The notes: generated from the letters alone by a model not told the origin. Numbered from the stretch's first letter, positions 20,716-31,149 are shown. The stretch is DNA of 64,000 nt from Candidatus Bathyarchaeia archaeon (GCA_049513715.1 JBEKVV010000003.1:192001-256000); one strand, 5' to 3'. Translations and numbers: made by a program.

Positions 20716-20889
20716 TTGTTGGCAACGGAAGAACCAGGCAACGACATACCGTTCTTCGCTGAAGTTACTGCAGGTGGAAGAATAACCATCCCAGAGGAAA
20801 TTCGCAAGATATTCGAGATCAAAGACGGCGACGCGGTCTTCTGCAGACTGAAACTGATGCCAAAGAAAAAGAACAACGCACCAAAGTAG
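20716..20889 (+). CDS. AbrB/MazE/SpoVT family DNA-binding protein
   Basis: GRITIPEEIRKIFEIKDGD; start is uncertain (20683 or 20716). Confidence 0.8.
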   Translation: MLATEEPGNDIPFFAEVTAGGRITIPEEIRKIFEIKDGDAVFCRLKLMPKKKNNAPK

Positions 20890-20894
20890 CGTAA

Positions 20895-21551
20895 CTACTT
20901 CGCTGATGCCGACAGTAGCGTTCTCCCCAAAGCGGTCAACCTCACTCTGAGCCGGCCGCGTTTTCCCCGTTCCACTTCGATGAGGCCAAGCTTTTGCAAC
21001 CCTGCACCTTCCTTTGAACCGCGTATGTGGTAGCTCAGAAGAGGCTTCCCGTAGCTTGACAACGTGCTGAGCTTCTCTAAGCTTTCAACGTCTCCGCCTG
21101 CCAGCTCGATAGCACGGAGGATCTCCATTTTGGGCTTGGTGACGGCCTGCGTGTAGCTCTGATTCATTACGGGGAGAACTGCTGGTTGCTCGCCCAGGAC
21201 ATCGAAGGCTCTTATTCCAAGGACGAACGCTGCCGTAACCCCTGCGCAGGTCAGATGGCTGTCCGCAGACCCAACGTTGATCAGGATATCGTCGAAACTC
21301 TCAGATTCCTTCTTCACAATCTCACTTACCGTCTCCAACATGGTTGGAATCGTTGGATCTTTAACTTGGACGATCTCGACAGCAAGTTTGAGAGTGCTAC
21401 CCAATTTCTCCGCAAGCTGGTTTGCTTGATTCAGGAAACCGTTAGGTGTGATGAGAGTGAGTTTGTGTGCCGGAAAATTCCTTAGCCCTATGAGAACCGC
21501 ATCCTCGCTGCCGCCACCCAGCAACGCAATTTGGAGCGTTCTCAGAGGCAT
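20895..21551 (-). CDS. CARF-like (Csa3/DUF6293-type) domain plus winged-HTH transcriptional regulator
   Basis: N-terminal Rossmann-like beta/alpha pattern, DILINVGS, LP linker, KPLLSYHI...L..LGLIEV...LTALG wHTH. Confidence 0.7.
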   Translation of the reverse strand: MPLRTLQIALLGGGSEDAVLIGLRNFPAHKLTLITPNGFLNQANQLAEKLGSTLKLAVEIVQVKDPTIPTMLETVSEIVKKESESFDDILINVGSADSHLTCAGVTAAFVLGIRAFDVLGEQPAVLPVMNQSYTQAVTKPKMEILRAIELAGGDVESLEKLSTLSSYGKPLLSYHIRGSKEGAGLQKLGLIEVERGKRGRLRVRLTALGRTLLSASAK

Positions 21552-21580
21552 AGTCTGGCTTCCGTACTGGTGTATTCAAA

Positions 21581-21647
21581 CCATTGCAGTCCATATTTAA
21601 TCCATTGATTGCATTCGACTGAGTCAAACAGCAATCAACCGCAATGG
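21581..21647. promoter_or_regulatory. Nested inverted repeats around the TATA box of the CARF-like regulator
   Basis: CCATTGC (21581) / GCAATGG (21641); TTGATTGC (21605) / GCAATCAA (21631); TTAAATAT on the minus strand at 21593-21600. Confidence 0.45.
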
Positions 21648-21761
21648 GCGTTCAGGTTTGACTGATCTCATCATCTAGGTTCGGACCCTGCAATAGTTCT
21701 CATCAGCGGTCGTTCAACCATAGCGCTTTATGATGCTTCCTCTCTCAAGCCCCTAGACCTG

Positions 21762-23024
21762 TTGGGGGAATTGAACTTGTCAAGGAAATACTCCGACCGA
21801 CTTTCGTTGACAGGTTCGATCCTGCTCTCTTCACCATTGTACATTGCAGTCTTCATTATGCGGTTTAGCTTCGGCTTGGTACTCTTCACATTACCAATCT
21901 ATCTTCCCAAGCAAGAGTTCTCCAACTTCGTCGTCGGCGTAATCGCTGCCGCATACCCAGTTGCCGAAACAATCTTCGGCCCAGTCATCGGCGTCCTATC
22001 GGACCGCTATGGAAGAAAAATGTGGATTTACATCGGACTGAGTATCTCAACCATGATTTTGTTTGCTTTCACGCTGAGCACTAACATCCCATACTTGATC
22101 GCAATTCATGCTCTCCAAGGCGTTGCAGCTGCAATGATCGTGGTTAGTTCGCTTACGCTAGTCACAGACGTGAGCACAGTCAAAACCCGGGGCCGCGAAA
22201 TGGGACTCTACGATTTCGCTAACCTGGGAGGTTACATGGTCGGAATCCTTGTAGCGGGAGTCCTTCTGAGAACACACTTTTCACTTGTACCCTTCTACTT
22301 CGGCTCGGCCTTGGCCGCCGCTGGAGCCATCTACGCATTCTTCAAAGTCAAAGAGAAAGCTGACGTAGGGAAAGACAAGGCGTTGTCTCCGGTTCAAACG
22401 ATGAGCTTGCTACTTCGAGACAGGCGCGCTGCCGCGATGTTTCCCATATGGTTGTCCGTGACCACGTTTATCGGGATGGCTTTGACCTTCGGCCCGCGAT
22501 TAGGCCCTTCACCGCTGCTCACAAGCTTCCTAATTGGAGGCAGTGTCTTGATATTGGCTTTCACGCAACCATTCTTCGGCCAACTTTCGGATAGATATGG
22601 CCGAGATCGATTGATGATGCTCGGAATGCTGTCACTCATCGGCTTTTTCGTGACCGTGATCGTGATGTTTCGTGGAAGGCATGAACCAATTTTCACTGTA
22701 CCTTTCCTAATCGTATTCGGGGTGGGAAGTTTCGCTTTCGCACCCGCCGCGTTAGCCACTCTAGGTGACTACGCGCCGGAGAAAGGGCGGGGCACAACGA
22801 TGGGCATGTACAGTGTCGTAATTAGCTTCGGTACAATCATCGGACCCCTACTGGGGGGTTACTTGCTTGACAACTACGGCTTGTCCAGCCTGTTTTACGC
22901 CGGTCTCATCATTTTGATGGTTGCGTTGGCTTTGGCCATTGGCATAGCTGGCCCAGATCTCAGGCAGACCGCATTTTCCCGGCCAGAGAAGCGAATTCGA
23001 GCCGCAAGCGGGAAAGCCTTCTAA
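21762..23024 (+). CDS. MFS transporter
   Basis: GVLSDRYGRK and GQLSDRYGR motif A; 12 TMs. Confidence 0.9.
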   Translation: MGELNLSRKYSDRLSLTGSILLSSPLYIAVFIMRFSFGLVLFTLPIYLPKQEFSNFVVGVIAAAYPVAETIFGPVIGVLSDRYGRKMWIYIGLSISTMILFAFTLSTNIPYLIAIHALQGVAAAMIVVSSLTLVTDVSTVKTRGREMGLYDFANLGGYMVGILVAGVLLRTHFSLVPFYFGSALAAAGAIYAFFKVKEKADVGKDKALSPVQTMSLLLRDRRAAAMFPIWLSVTTFIGMALTFGPRLGPSPLLTSFLIGGSVLILAFTQPFFGQLSDRYGRDRLMMLGMLSLIGFFVTVIVMFRGRHEPIFTVPFLIVFGVGSFAFAPAALATLGDYAPEKGRGTTMGMYSVVISFGTIIGPLLGGYLLDNYGLSSLFYAGLIILMVALALAIGIAGPDLRQTAFSRPEKRIRAASGKAF

Positions 23025-23079
23025 TCGAAGAAAGGAGGAATGGCTGGGCCGCGGTTTAGCCAGCCATTGGAAATCAGGT

Positions 23080-23529
23080 CTAACGTTGTGCTATGGGTTG
23101 TTCGTGAAACATCGTAGGTGGTCTTGGGAGCACGCTCTCGCGAAGAACGAAGGACATTGCGCCCGCGATGAGGACTAGAATTGCGCTTACCGCTCCAAGC
23201 TGCGAGTTGACGTTAGCGACGCGGAATGTTCCGACTAGCCCCAAGCTGAGAGTCAGCAAGATAGCGCCGAAGATTATTCCGCGCATTCCCGCTTGCGATA
23301 ATAGCCTTCTTGATGCGAGCGTGTAGCAGTGGATGGCTCCAAGTGAGCAGATGAGGCTCACGACCAAGACGACGGCGAAGACAAAACTGAAAGAGGCGGG
23401 TAGCGTGAATGGGTAAATGCTGGCTATTGGAATCGCGAGGATGCTGATGACGAGGCTGATGACTCCACCTATCACGAACAGTGCTGCGGCCATATCCAGG
23501 AACCCGGTTTTCAATGAAACTTTGCTCAT
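23080..23529 (-). CDS. Hypothetical 4-TM membrane protein
   Basis: Four hydrophobic segments. Confidence 0.6.
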   Translation of the reverse strand: MSKVSLKTGFLDMAAALFVIGGVISLVISILAIPIASIYPFTLPASFSFVFAVVLVVSLICSLGAIHCYTLASRRLLSQAGMRGIIFGAILLTLSLGLVGTFRVANVNSQLGAVSAILVLIAGAMSFVLRESVLPRPPTMFHEQPIAQR

Positions 23530-23708
23530 TTTTCAAACCTTCACCATTACCTTGCACAGAAATCGCGTTAAGTATTGTGGCACAATGTCGCACAAAGACA
23601 CTGGGTACCACTATTCCACCTGGCGATGAAGCGTACGACTCTGCCGAACATTACAGTGAATATCGCAACTATGAGCTCGTCTGGTTGTTGCAGGGACTGT
23701 GCGACTGA

Positions 23709-23939
23709 CTAGCGTCTCCTGATTATCATTTGGATAATTGCAATGACTACGAAAGCTATGCCTGCGTAGATTAGGCTGTGAGTTAGGAACCATACGACCA
23801 CGGCCGCGATGATGGGGAGTATGAAGTGAATTACTGCTTTCAGCAGTAGGATTATGATGATACCAACTATCAGTAGCACTGCAAAGATTGCGATCTCACT
23901 GAAACTGAACGGCAGCTGAAAGATGGAAAACATAGTCAT
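23709..23939 (-). CDS. Small hydrophobic membrane protein
   Basis: Almost entirely hydrophobic with an RRR tail. Confidence 0.55.
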   Translation of the reverse strand: MTMFSIFQLPFSFSEIAIFAVLLIVGIIIILLLKAVIHFILPIIAAVVVWFLTHSLIYAGIAFVVIAIIQMIIRRR

Positions 23940-23968
23940 TACCAGTGAGAATTATGATTGATTAGGTA

Positions 23969-25099
23969 TTAAGAACTTAGGATACGTGACCTTGCGCGTT
24001 CTCTTTTGGCAGGTTTCCTATTTGGGCGAAGGACAAGAACAGTCACCAGAAGCACGAAGCCAAATATGAAAGCAAAGGCGCCAGCGGGGAACTCAGGGAT
24101 TTGGAAACCTTTCGGAGGTAACGCTAGTCCGATGCTGTTTCCGACGTTCTGCTCGATTCCGTCATAGTAGAGCATGAACCCGTTGTTAGAGAATATTATT
24201 CGAGGATTTTCGACACCGCCTGAATCCCAGTTGCCAGAAGCGCCTGGATTCAAGATAGGATTTGCAGTGGATTTTTCCCAAGTACGCCCATCTTTTGATG
24301 TAGCGTATCCGATTTCTGGAACCAGTGAGCCCTGGTTGAGAGCTGAATACCACATTCCAAACATGAAGCCGTCGAAGAAGACTGAAGGAGAGAATACGCT
24401 CCTCGAATCCCAAGAGCTTGCGTTGGATGAAGGTTGAAGGACCGCCGTCGGCGCAGTCCAACTTTTTCCATCAAAGGATTGCGTATAGAGTATTCTGAGA
24501 ATCGAGCTTGACGGCGGATCAGGCTGCCCTCTGGCTGCGTACCACATATTGTAGAGCGCAGTCTCCACTTTTGCTACAAAAGGCGTTGATATTTGCCGTG
24601 AATCTACACTTGTAGGCCTCAGGACCGGGTTCCGCGAATACCTAGTCCAGTTCGTGCCGTCCGTGGATGTTGCGAGGCCGACTGCACCATTCTGAACCGT
24701 TAGGCCACCGCCAACGTACCACATTGTGAAAACCGTTCCGTTCCAGGCCACACTTCCTAGGCTCACGGATGCACTATCCCATGCGCCTGTCGGTCCCGGG
24801 GTCAAGACGGGGCTTGTGTGTTTGGTCCAAGTGTAACCGTCTGGAGAGGTTGCATATCCAATCCCTGCGACTTTTTGACTGCTGCCAACGTACCACATCA
24901 TGTAGCCGTTAGAAGGGTCGAAGAGTACTGTGGGAAGAATCACGTAATCTGAGTCCCAAGTGCCGGGGGTCGGACTCAAAACGGGGTTACCGGAATACTT
25001 GGTCCATTGGCCTCCTTGTGCCTGCACCCCCATGGGGAAATTACCTAAAACCGACAAGGCGAGAAGCATCATGAAGACCATGGTCGCCTGCTTAATCAT
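23969..25099 (-). CDS. Secreted five-bladed beta-propeller glycosidase-like protein (GH43/32/130-like) with PEF-CTERM-like tail
   Basis: Signal peptide; repeated IGYATS.DG..W.K...PVL.P blades; IPEFP followed by a TM helix and basic tail. Confidence 0.75.
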   Translation of the reverse strand: MIKQATMVFMMLLALSVLGNFPMGVQAQGGQWTKYSGNPVLSPTPGTWDSDYVILPTVLFDPSNGYMMWYVGSSQKVAGIGYATSPDGYTWTKHTSPVLTPGPTGAWDSASVSLGSVAWNGTVFTMWYVGGGLTVQNGAVGLATSTDGTNWTRYSRNPVLRPTSVDSRQISTPFVAKVETALYNMWYAARGQPDPPSSSILRILYTQSFDGKSWTAPTAVLQPSSNASSWDSRSVFSPSVFFDGFMFGMWYSALNQGSLVPEIGYATSKDGRTWEKSTANPILNPGASGNWDSGGVENPRIIFSNNGFMLYYDGIEQNVGNSIGLALPPKGFQIPEFPAGAFAFIFGFVLLVTVLVLRPNRKPAKRERARSRILSS

Positions 25100-25438
25100 G
25101 AAACAACACTTCGCCCCGATAACTCATGATTTTTCAACCGTCTATATCAATTGCGGTCCAACTATATGATTCTCGCCCGGTTTTCGATGTTTTCCCGAGG
25201 AACGCTGCAGTCTCGTTCGTCTCGTGGTTCTTCAGCGGGGACATTATCCTGCTGGCCTTTGCAGTGCTAAGAGAACGGCTGGTAAGTCACCAAGCGATTG
25301 GAATCATCTCCATCATTTCGTGGATAGCCATTGTCCGGTACTTCCCTTAACCTTAACTTGCACCGCACGGAACTTCGTCATCCTCGCGGAGATCGACCTG
25401 TGTAGGAATACATACGAATCAGCGAAGGAGGCGTTGGC

Positions 25439-26530
25439 TTGGGTGTACCAGAGAAGATTCGTGCAATAGAAGAAGAAATGAAAAGGACTCAAATCCACAA
25501 ACATACAGAGCACCATATCGGGTTACTGAAGGCAAAGCTTGCCAGACTCAAAGCCGAGCAAGACATCGCGCAGAAATCAAAGTCCGTCGGAGGGCTTGGC
25601 TTCGAAGTGAAGAAGGGGGGGGACTGCACGGTCGTTTTGATAGGTCTGCCGAGCGTGGGAAAGTCAACAATCCTAAACAGGCTGACAAACGCGAACTCGA
25701 AGGTAGCCGCTTATGCCTTCACCACGGTAACAGTGGTTCCTGGGCTGCTTGAATATGAAGGCGCCAAGATCCAGATACTTGACCTACCAGGAATCATTTC
25801 AGGTGCCTCCTCCGGAACTGGAAGGGGTAGGCGAGTGCTTTCGGTTGCTAGAAATGCCGACCTGATCCTACTAGTGCTCGATGTGTTTCAACCGGATCAA
25901 ATCAGCACTTTGAAGAAAGAGCTACACGAAATGGGCATACGACTTAACACCCGCCCGCCAAATGTCACTATCGAACAGGCCTCGCAAGGAGGTATAGGAA
26001 TAACTGCAACTTGCACCCTCACAAAACTTGACGAGGCCACCATACGTGCAATCCTCGGAGTGTACAAAATCCATGGCAATGTCATTATTCGTGAAGATAT
26101 TAGCGACGACCAACTGATCGACGTTGTAGCAGGAAACCGCATTTACATCCCCGCGCAGGCCGTGCTCAACAAAGTGGATTTGGTAAGCGCGAAATATGTC
26201 GAGGAGGCGAGAAAACGAATCGGGGAAGAATTCATTCCAATATCCGCTGACCAAAACGTAAACATTGACAAACTTAGGGAAGCTATCTACAAGCGTTCGA
26301 ATTTCATTAGAATCTACCTAAAACCCCGCAATGGCGAACCGGACTTCGATGAACCCCTCATAATCACTACTGGTTCCAGAATTTCGGATGTATGTGGGCG
26401 AATTCACAGAAACTTGGCGAGTGGAGCCAAATATGCGTTAGTCTCTGGCACTAGCGTGAGGTTCAGGTCTCAACGGGTTGGAATGGACCATGTATTACAG
26501 GACCGAGATATAGTAACGATCGTAAAATAG
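25439..26530 (+). CDS. DRG-family (OBG) GTPase with TGS domain
   Basis: GLPSVGKST, YAFTT, DLPG, NKVD, C-terminal TGS. Confidence 0.93.
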   Translation: MGVPEKIRAIEEEMKRTQIHKHTEHHIGLLKAKLARLKAEQDIAQKSKSVGGLGFEVKKGGDCTVVLIGLPSVGKSTILNRLTNANSKVAAYAFTTVTVVPGLLEYEGAKIQILDLPGIISGASSGTGRGRRVLSVARNADLILLVLDVFQPDQISTLKKELHEMGIRLNTRPPNVTIEQASQGGIGITATCTLTKLDEATIRAILGVYKIHGNVIIREDISDDQLIDVVAGNRIYIPAQAVLNKVDLVSAKYVEEARKRIGEEFIPISADQNVNIDKLREAIYKRSNFIRIYLKPRNGEPDFDEPLIITTGSRISDVCGRIHRNLASGAKYALVSGTSVRFRSQRVGMDHVLQDRDIVTIVK

Positions 26531-26649
26531 ATGCGAATCACGCAGCTGACGAAAGATATTGACGGTCTTCAGGAGCATCGAGGACACTCCAACCGCGAAA
26601 AGGACTCGGTGCACCTGAGCCTAGGCAAAAGGCGAAACAATGAAGGCTC

Positions 26650-28455
26650 GTGGTGGGCGTCCAAGGAGGAGTTCACTTGTCAAACTCGAAAGCATCTGGC
26701 GGTATTGAGGCGACTCTGCAAACTTGGGTAAAGGAAGTTGCAGGCAGGACCAAACCAAGCCGCATAGTCGAGTGTCACGGATCTCAAGATGAGTATGATT
26801 CTCTCACCAAGCAGATGCTTTCTGAAGGAACACTGATCCAACTCAACCAGAAAGAATATCCGAACTGCTACTTGCACAGGAGCAACCCTAACGACGTTGC
26901 TCGATCCGAAGATAGAACCTTCATTTGCACACGAAAACAGGACGATGTCGGACCCACTAACAATTGGATAGACCCTAGCCAAGCCAAGAAAATCCTATGG
27001 AAACTCCTGGCAGGATGTATGAGGAACAGAGTCATGTACGTTATCCCGTATCTTCTCGGCCCTGTCGGCTCTCCGTATTCCAGGGTGGGCGTCGAACTAA
27101 CCGACAGCCCTTATGTGGCGGCGAACATGATGATAATGACACGAGTTGGGCAAATCGCATTCGACCACATGAAGAGTACGGGCCACTTCGTGAAGGGCGT
27201 TCATTCAGCTGGGAACCTGGACCCCAAGAACAAGTACATCTGCCACTTTCCAGATGAAAAACTCATCATCAGCGTGAATTCAAACTACGGAGGAAACGCT
27301 CTCCTCAGCAAGAAATGTCATGCCCTCAGAATTGGCAGCGTAACGGCGAGAGAGGAAGGATGGTTAGCCGAACACATGTTCCTCATCGGCGCAGAAGACC
27401 CCGAGGGAAAAATAACCTATATCTCAGGAGCATTTCCAAGCGCGAGCGGAAAAACCAACGTTGCCATGCTAAGACCACCCCCGGGCATGGAAGACTGGAA
27501 GATTTGGGCTATCAGCGATGACATAACTTGGATTCATATAGACACACAGGGAACATTTCGCGCAATCAACCCCGAAGCTGGATTCTTCGGAGTGGCACCG
27601 AACACGAACATGAAGACGAATCCCAACATTATGGAAACCATAAAGAAGAATACGATATTCACGAACGTCGCATTAGCAGCGGACGGAACCCTATGGTGGG
27701 AGGGGATGGGGGACCCCCCTAGCAAGCTTTGGGACTGGCGTGGTAAAGAATGGATGCCTGGTGGTGAATCAGCAGCGCATCCGAACTCAAGATTCACAAC
27801 TCCCGTCAGCCAATACCCGTTTATCTCCCCAATGTTCGACGACCCAAACGGCGTTCCCCTTTCAGCCATGATGTTCGGGGGAAGAAGTGCAACACAGGTT
27901 CCGCTAATCCTTGAAACCGAAAATTGGGAACAAGGCGTCTTGATGGCGGTCATGCTGAAGGCGGAAACCACCACTGCTGCCGACGGAAAAGCTGGGGTTG
28001 TGCGAGCTGACCCGATGGCAATGAAACCATTCTGCGGTTACAACATGGCTGACTACTTCACGCATTGGCTGAAGTTCCGATTAAAATCAAACCGACCTCC
28101 AAAGATTTTCCTATTCAACGCCTTCAGGCGAAACCAAGCCGGACAGTTCCTCTGGCCGGGATACGGCCAGAACCTACGCGTGCTAAAATGGATGATTGAC
28201 CGATGCAACGGAAGAGCAGAGGCCGTAGAAACCCCAATCGGCTACGTCCCAACGCCTAATTCACTCGACCTTCACGGCCTCGATATCTCACCGAGTACTT
28301 TACAGGAATTGTTGCGAGTCGACGCCAAGGAGTGGGTTAGAGAACTTGAAGCATCGCAGACCCTCTTCGAGAGTTTCGGAGAACGCTTCCCGAGTCTTCT
28401 CTGGAAGGAATATTCAGACTTGATGGAGAAGCTGCGGAAGCAAACGGCATTCTGA
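26650..28455 (+). CDS. pckG: Phosphoenolpyruvate carboxykinase (GTP)
   Basis: DVAR.E.RT, YGGNALL.KKCHALR, AFPSA.GKTN, DDI.W, NPEAGFFG, HPNSRF. Confidence 0.95.
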   Translation: MVGVQGGVHLSNSKASGGIEATLQTWVKEVAGRTKPSRIVECHGSQDEYDSLTKQMLSEGTLIQLNQKEYPNCYLHRSNPNDVARSEDRTFICTRKQDDVGPTNNWIDPSQAKKILWKLLAGCMRNRVMYVIPYLLGPVGSPYSRVGVELTDSPYVAANMMIMTRVGQIAFDHMKSTGHFVKGVHSAGNLDPKNKYICHFPDEKLIISVNSNYGGNALLSKKCHALRIGSVTAREEGWLAEHMFLIGAEDPEGKITYISGAFPSASGKTNVAMLRPPPGMEDWKIWAISDDITWIHIDTQGTFRAINPEAGFFGVAPNTNMKTNPNIMETIKKNTIFTNVALAADGTLWWEGMGDPPSKLWDWRGKEWMPGGESAAHPNSRFTTPVSQYPFISPMFDDPNGVPLSAMMFGGRSATQVPLILETENWEQGVLMAVMLKAETTTAADGKAGVVRADPMAMKPFCGYNMADYFTHWLKFRLKSNRPPKIFLFNAFRRNQAGQFLWPGYGQNLRVLKWMIDRCNGRAEAVETPIGYVPTPNSLDLHGLDISPSTLQELLRVDAKEWVRELEASQTLFESFGERFPSLLWKEYSDLMEKLRKQTAF

Positions 28456-28577
28456 CTCAACGTGACTCGTATCGCCGAGGATTCGGCCCGAGCACTCGAA
28501 AAAGAATGAACCTCAATTGGACTTGAACCGGCATAGTTGCACAATCAATAAATTCGGCGGCACCTCCCAGCGGCGAC

Positions 28578-28934
28578 ATGGAAGCAATATTCCTAGTCCA
28601 ACCATGGGTTCAAGCCCGCACAGCAATGGACTGCTGCAAACTCTGTTACCAGGAAAGGGAAGGAAAGAGCCATCTGGAATGTAAAAGAGGCCACTTGTCG
28701 GCTTACAACCAACTCCTAGCCGTACTGAAACTTGAAAAAGGCTCACAGTTCGAAGAAGCACTGAAACGATTAGAAGAAGCTAAAGAGAAATGCGTCGCCA
28801 CTCCAAAACCAGACGAACATTGCCATGGAAAGTCGCAGGAAGCGCTGAAGTTCACGATTGATCTTTACGGTAAGATTCTCGACGATTACAAGAAACGACT
28901 TCCCAACAGGGAGTCCCCCACGCCTCGATCCTAG
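28578..28934 (+). CDS. Hypothetical Cys/His-rich helical protein
   Basis: Clean intergenic ORF; CCKLC, HLEC..GH, HCH. Confidence 0.55.
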   Translation: MEAIFLVQPWVQARTAMDCCKLCYQEREGKSHLECKRGHLSAYNQLLAVLKLEKGSQFEEALKRLEEAKEKCVATPKPDEHCHGKSQEALKFTIDLYGKILDDYKKRLPNRESPTPRS

Positions 28935-28994
28935 TCCACGACTCGATTCTAGAATTACTAGAGGCAACTGGACTGTGGCGGAGTAAAGCAGCAC

Positions 28995-30740
28995 ATGGAG
29001 CATAAACCCGGAACTGGGATAAAGTGGTTGGATTGGAATGATGACGCTTTCCGGCGGGCGAAGGAAGAGAGCAAACCCGTTTTGCTCGACATCGGCGCAG
29101 TCTGGTGCCACTGGTGCCATAGGTTAGATAGCGACACCTACTCAGTTCCGGAAATCGCTGAGTACATTGAATCGAACTTCATTCCGATTCGGGTGGATAC
29201 GGATAAACGCCCTGACATTAACCGCCGATACAACATGGGAGGCTGGCCGACCACAGCCTTCCTTTCACCCGAGGGCCATGTGATTGGCGGAGGAACCTAC
29301 TTCCCGCCCGACCAGATGAGACAAGTGCTGAGGGACGTCAAATCACTCTGGGAAAGTTCGAAAGACAAACCTGCACCTGAACGTGCGATGCCGCAACCCG
29401 AGAGCATCCCAATCGGCAACCTGTCAGCATCAATTGTGGACGAGGTTCTTGGGGAAGTCGCAAACAACTTCGACCCTATCTACGGTGGGTTCGGCTCACA
29501 GCCCAAATTTCCAAGCACCGATGCCCTTGAGCTTGCATTACTGAAGTACCATTACAGTGGAAATAGGGAGTTCCTTGGAATCACCACGGTGACGCTTCAA
29601 AATGCTGGAAAGAGCGGCACATACGACCGCGAGATGGGAGGATTCTTCCGGTATTCCACTCTCAGGGACTGGAGCGTTCCACACTTCGAGAAAATGAGCG
29701 AGGACAACGCCAAATGGCTACAGCTCTACCTACACGCGTACCAAGTGACGGGTGACCCCTTCTATGCCCAAATAGCCAGAGGAATCATCGACTACGTCAA
29801 CGAATGGCTGTCAGACCGGGAGAACGGGTGTTACTATGGAAGCCAAGACGCTGACGAGGAATACTACAAACTCCCCAAAGCTGAACGCACAAAACTAAAA
29901 CCACCTTACATCGACAAGCACATCTACACGAACTGGAACGCCATGATGGTCTCCGCTTACCTTGAGGGATCCTTCGTCCTAGGCGACGCGAGCGCCAAGG
30001 AGTTCGCGCTCAAGAGCCTCGACAGATTGCTGGCCTTGAACTTTAAGCCCAGTGATGGAATGTATCATTTCTATGATGGACAGCCTCAGTTGAAGAATCA
30101 GCTTTCTGACCAAGCTCAAGTAGCGAGGACACTCTGCCAAGCCTACCAGTGCACTGGAAACGAAAACTATCTTGCACGAGCGGAGGAATTGGTGGAGATT
30201 GCGACCCGTAACTTGTATGATTCCGAGCATGGGGGGTTCTTTGACACTGTTGTCAACCCTAATGCTCCTGGGTTTCTAAGTAAACCCGCAAAGCCGGTGG
30301 AAGAAAACAGCCCTGCTGCCCGCGCCCTGATACTGCTACATCATCTAACAGGCAAGCACAAGTACCGCCAGTTGGCGGAAGGCACTTTGAAGCGGTTTGT
30401 GGAAATCTACCCACAGTTCTCGTTTATGGCTGCGGAATACGCGATTGCTGTGGACTGTTTCCTTAATGAACCCACGGCCATCCAAATCATTGGTTCACTT
30501 GAAACGCCGCAAACGAAAGGCTTACTGACTGAGGCTCACAGAATCTATGAACCACGAAAGGTAATTCAACTCCTGGACCCAGGGAAAGATGCCGGGAAGA
30601 TTACGAGCCTCGGATACCCCGCGACTAGCCAACCAACTGCTTACATATGCGTTGGTAAAGCCTCTACAGCACCTATCATAGAGCCGAAACAGATCGCTCC
30701 AGAACTGACCAGAATGATTGCCACGCAACTCAAGAAGTAA
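28995..30740 (+). CDS. YyaL/DUF255 thioredoxin-domain plus alpha/alpha-toroid protein
   Basis: WCHWCH, RPDI, GGWP, PKFP, GGFFRYS, PHFEKM, QDAD. Confidence 0.9.
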   Translation: MEHKPGTGIKWLDWNDDAFRRAKEESKPVLLDIGAVWCHWCHRLDSDTYSVPEIAEYIESNFIPIRVDTDKRPDINRRYNMGGWPTTAFLSPEGHVIGGGTYFPPDQMRQVLRDVKSLWESSKDKPAPERAMPQPESIPIGNLSASIVDEVLGEVANNFDPIYGGFGSQPKFPSTDALELALLKYHYSGNREFLGITTVTLQNAGKSGTYDREMGGFFRYSTLRDWSVPHFEKMSEDNAKWLQLYLHAYQVTGDPFYAQIARGIIDYVNEWLSDRENGCYYGSQDADEEYYKLPKAERTKLKPPYIDKHIYTNWNAMMVSAYLEGSFVLGDASAKEFALKSLDRLLALNFKPSDGMYHFYDGQPQLKNQLSDQAQVARTLCQAYQCTGNENYLARAEELVEIATRNLYDSEHGGFFDTVVNPNAPGFLSKPAKPVEENSPAARALILLHHLTGKHKYRQLAEGTLKRFVEIYPQFSFMAAEYAIAVDCFLNEPTAIQIIGSLETPQTKGLLTEAHRIYEPRKVIQLLDPGKDAGKITSLGYPATSQPTAYICVGKASTAPIIEPKQIAPELTRMIATQLKK

Positions 30741-31149
30741 TCTTCAGATCTTTGACTTCCAGCTTTCTTCTAATCTCTTCCATTTCATCCGCACGAAGAA
30801 GCTTTCTTGCTGTGAAACCTGCGTGGTCATCAGCGTTACGTGGAATAATATGAACGTGGACGTGCGGAATCAATTGATTAGCCGCGGCGCCGTCATTTAT
30901 AGCGATGTGGGAAGCAGCAGCACCCATCCTTGAGATTATGAGCCGGTTCAAAGCGTGGACGCGCAAGTAGAGAGCGCAGAACTGCTTTTCAGTAAGATCG
31001 TTGACACGAGCATAATGTTTCTTGGGCATGACAAGCGTATGCCCAATCGAAATAGGGTACTTGTCCAAAATTGCGATGAATTCCTCGTCCTCGTATATTA
31101 TCTGTGAGTGAGCTGATCTTTGAACAATCTCGCAGAAGACACAGTTCAA
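30730..31149 (-). CDS. HIT family hydrolase
   Basis: CVFC, GHTLVMPK.H, HVHVHIIPR. Confidence 0.92.
   Translation of the reverse strand: MNCVFCEIVQRSAHSQIIYEDEEFIAILDKYPISIGHTLVMPKKHYARVNDLTEKQFCALYLRVHALNRLIISRMGAAASHIAINDGAAANQLIPHVHVHIIPRNADDHAGFTARKLLRADEMEEIRRKLEVKDLKITS

Noticed and set aside
20683..20889. Toxin-antitoxin module
   Set aside because: The AbrB-type gene has no adjacent PIN/MazF-like toxin; the downstream gene is convergent
20895..21551. CRISPR-Cas locus
   Set aside because: No cas genes and no repeat-spacer array anywhere in the window
28515..28535. GGACTTGAACC, the reverse complement of a tRNA T-loop
   Set aside because: No cloverleaf can be built around it
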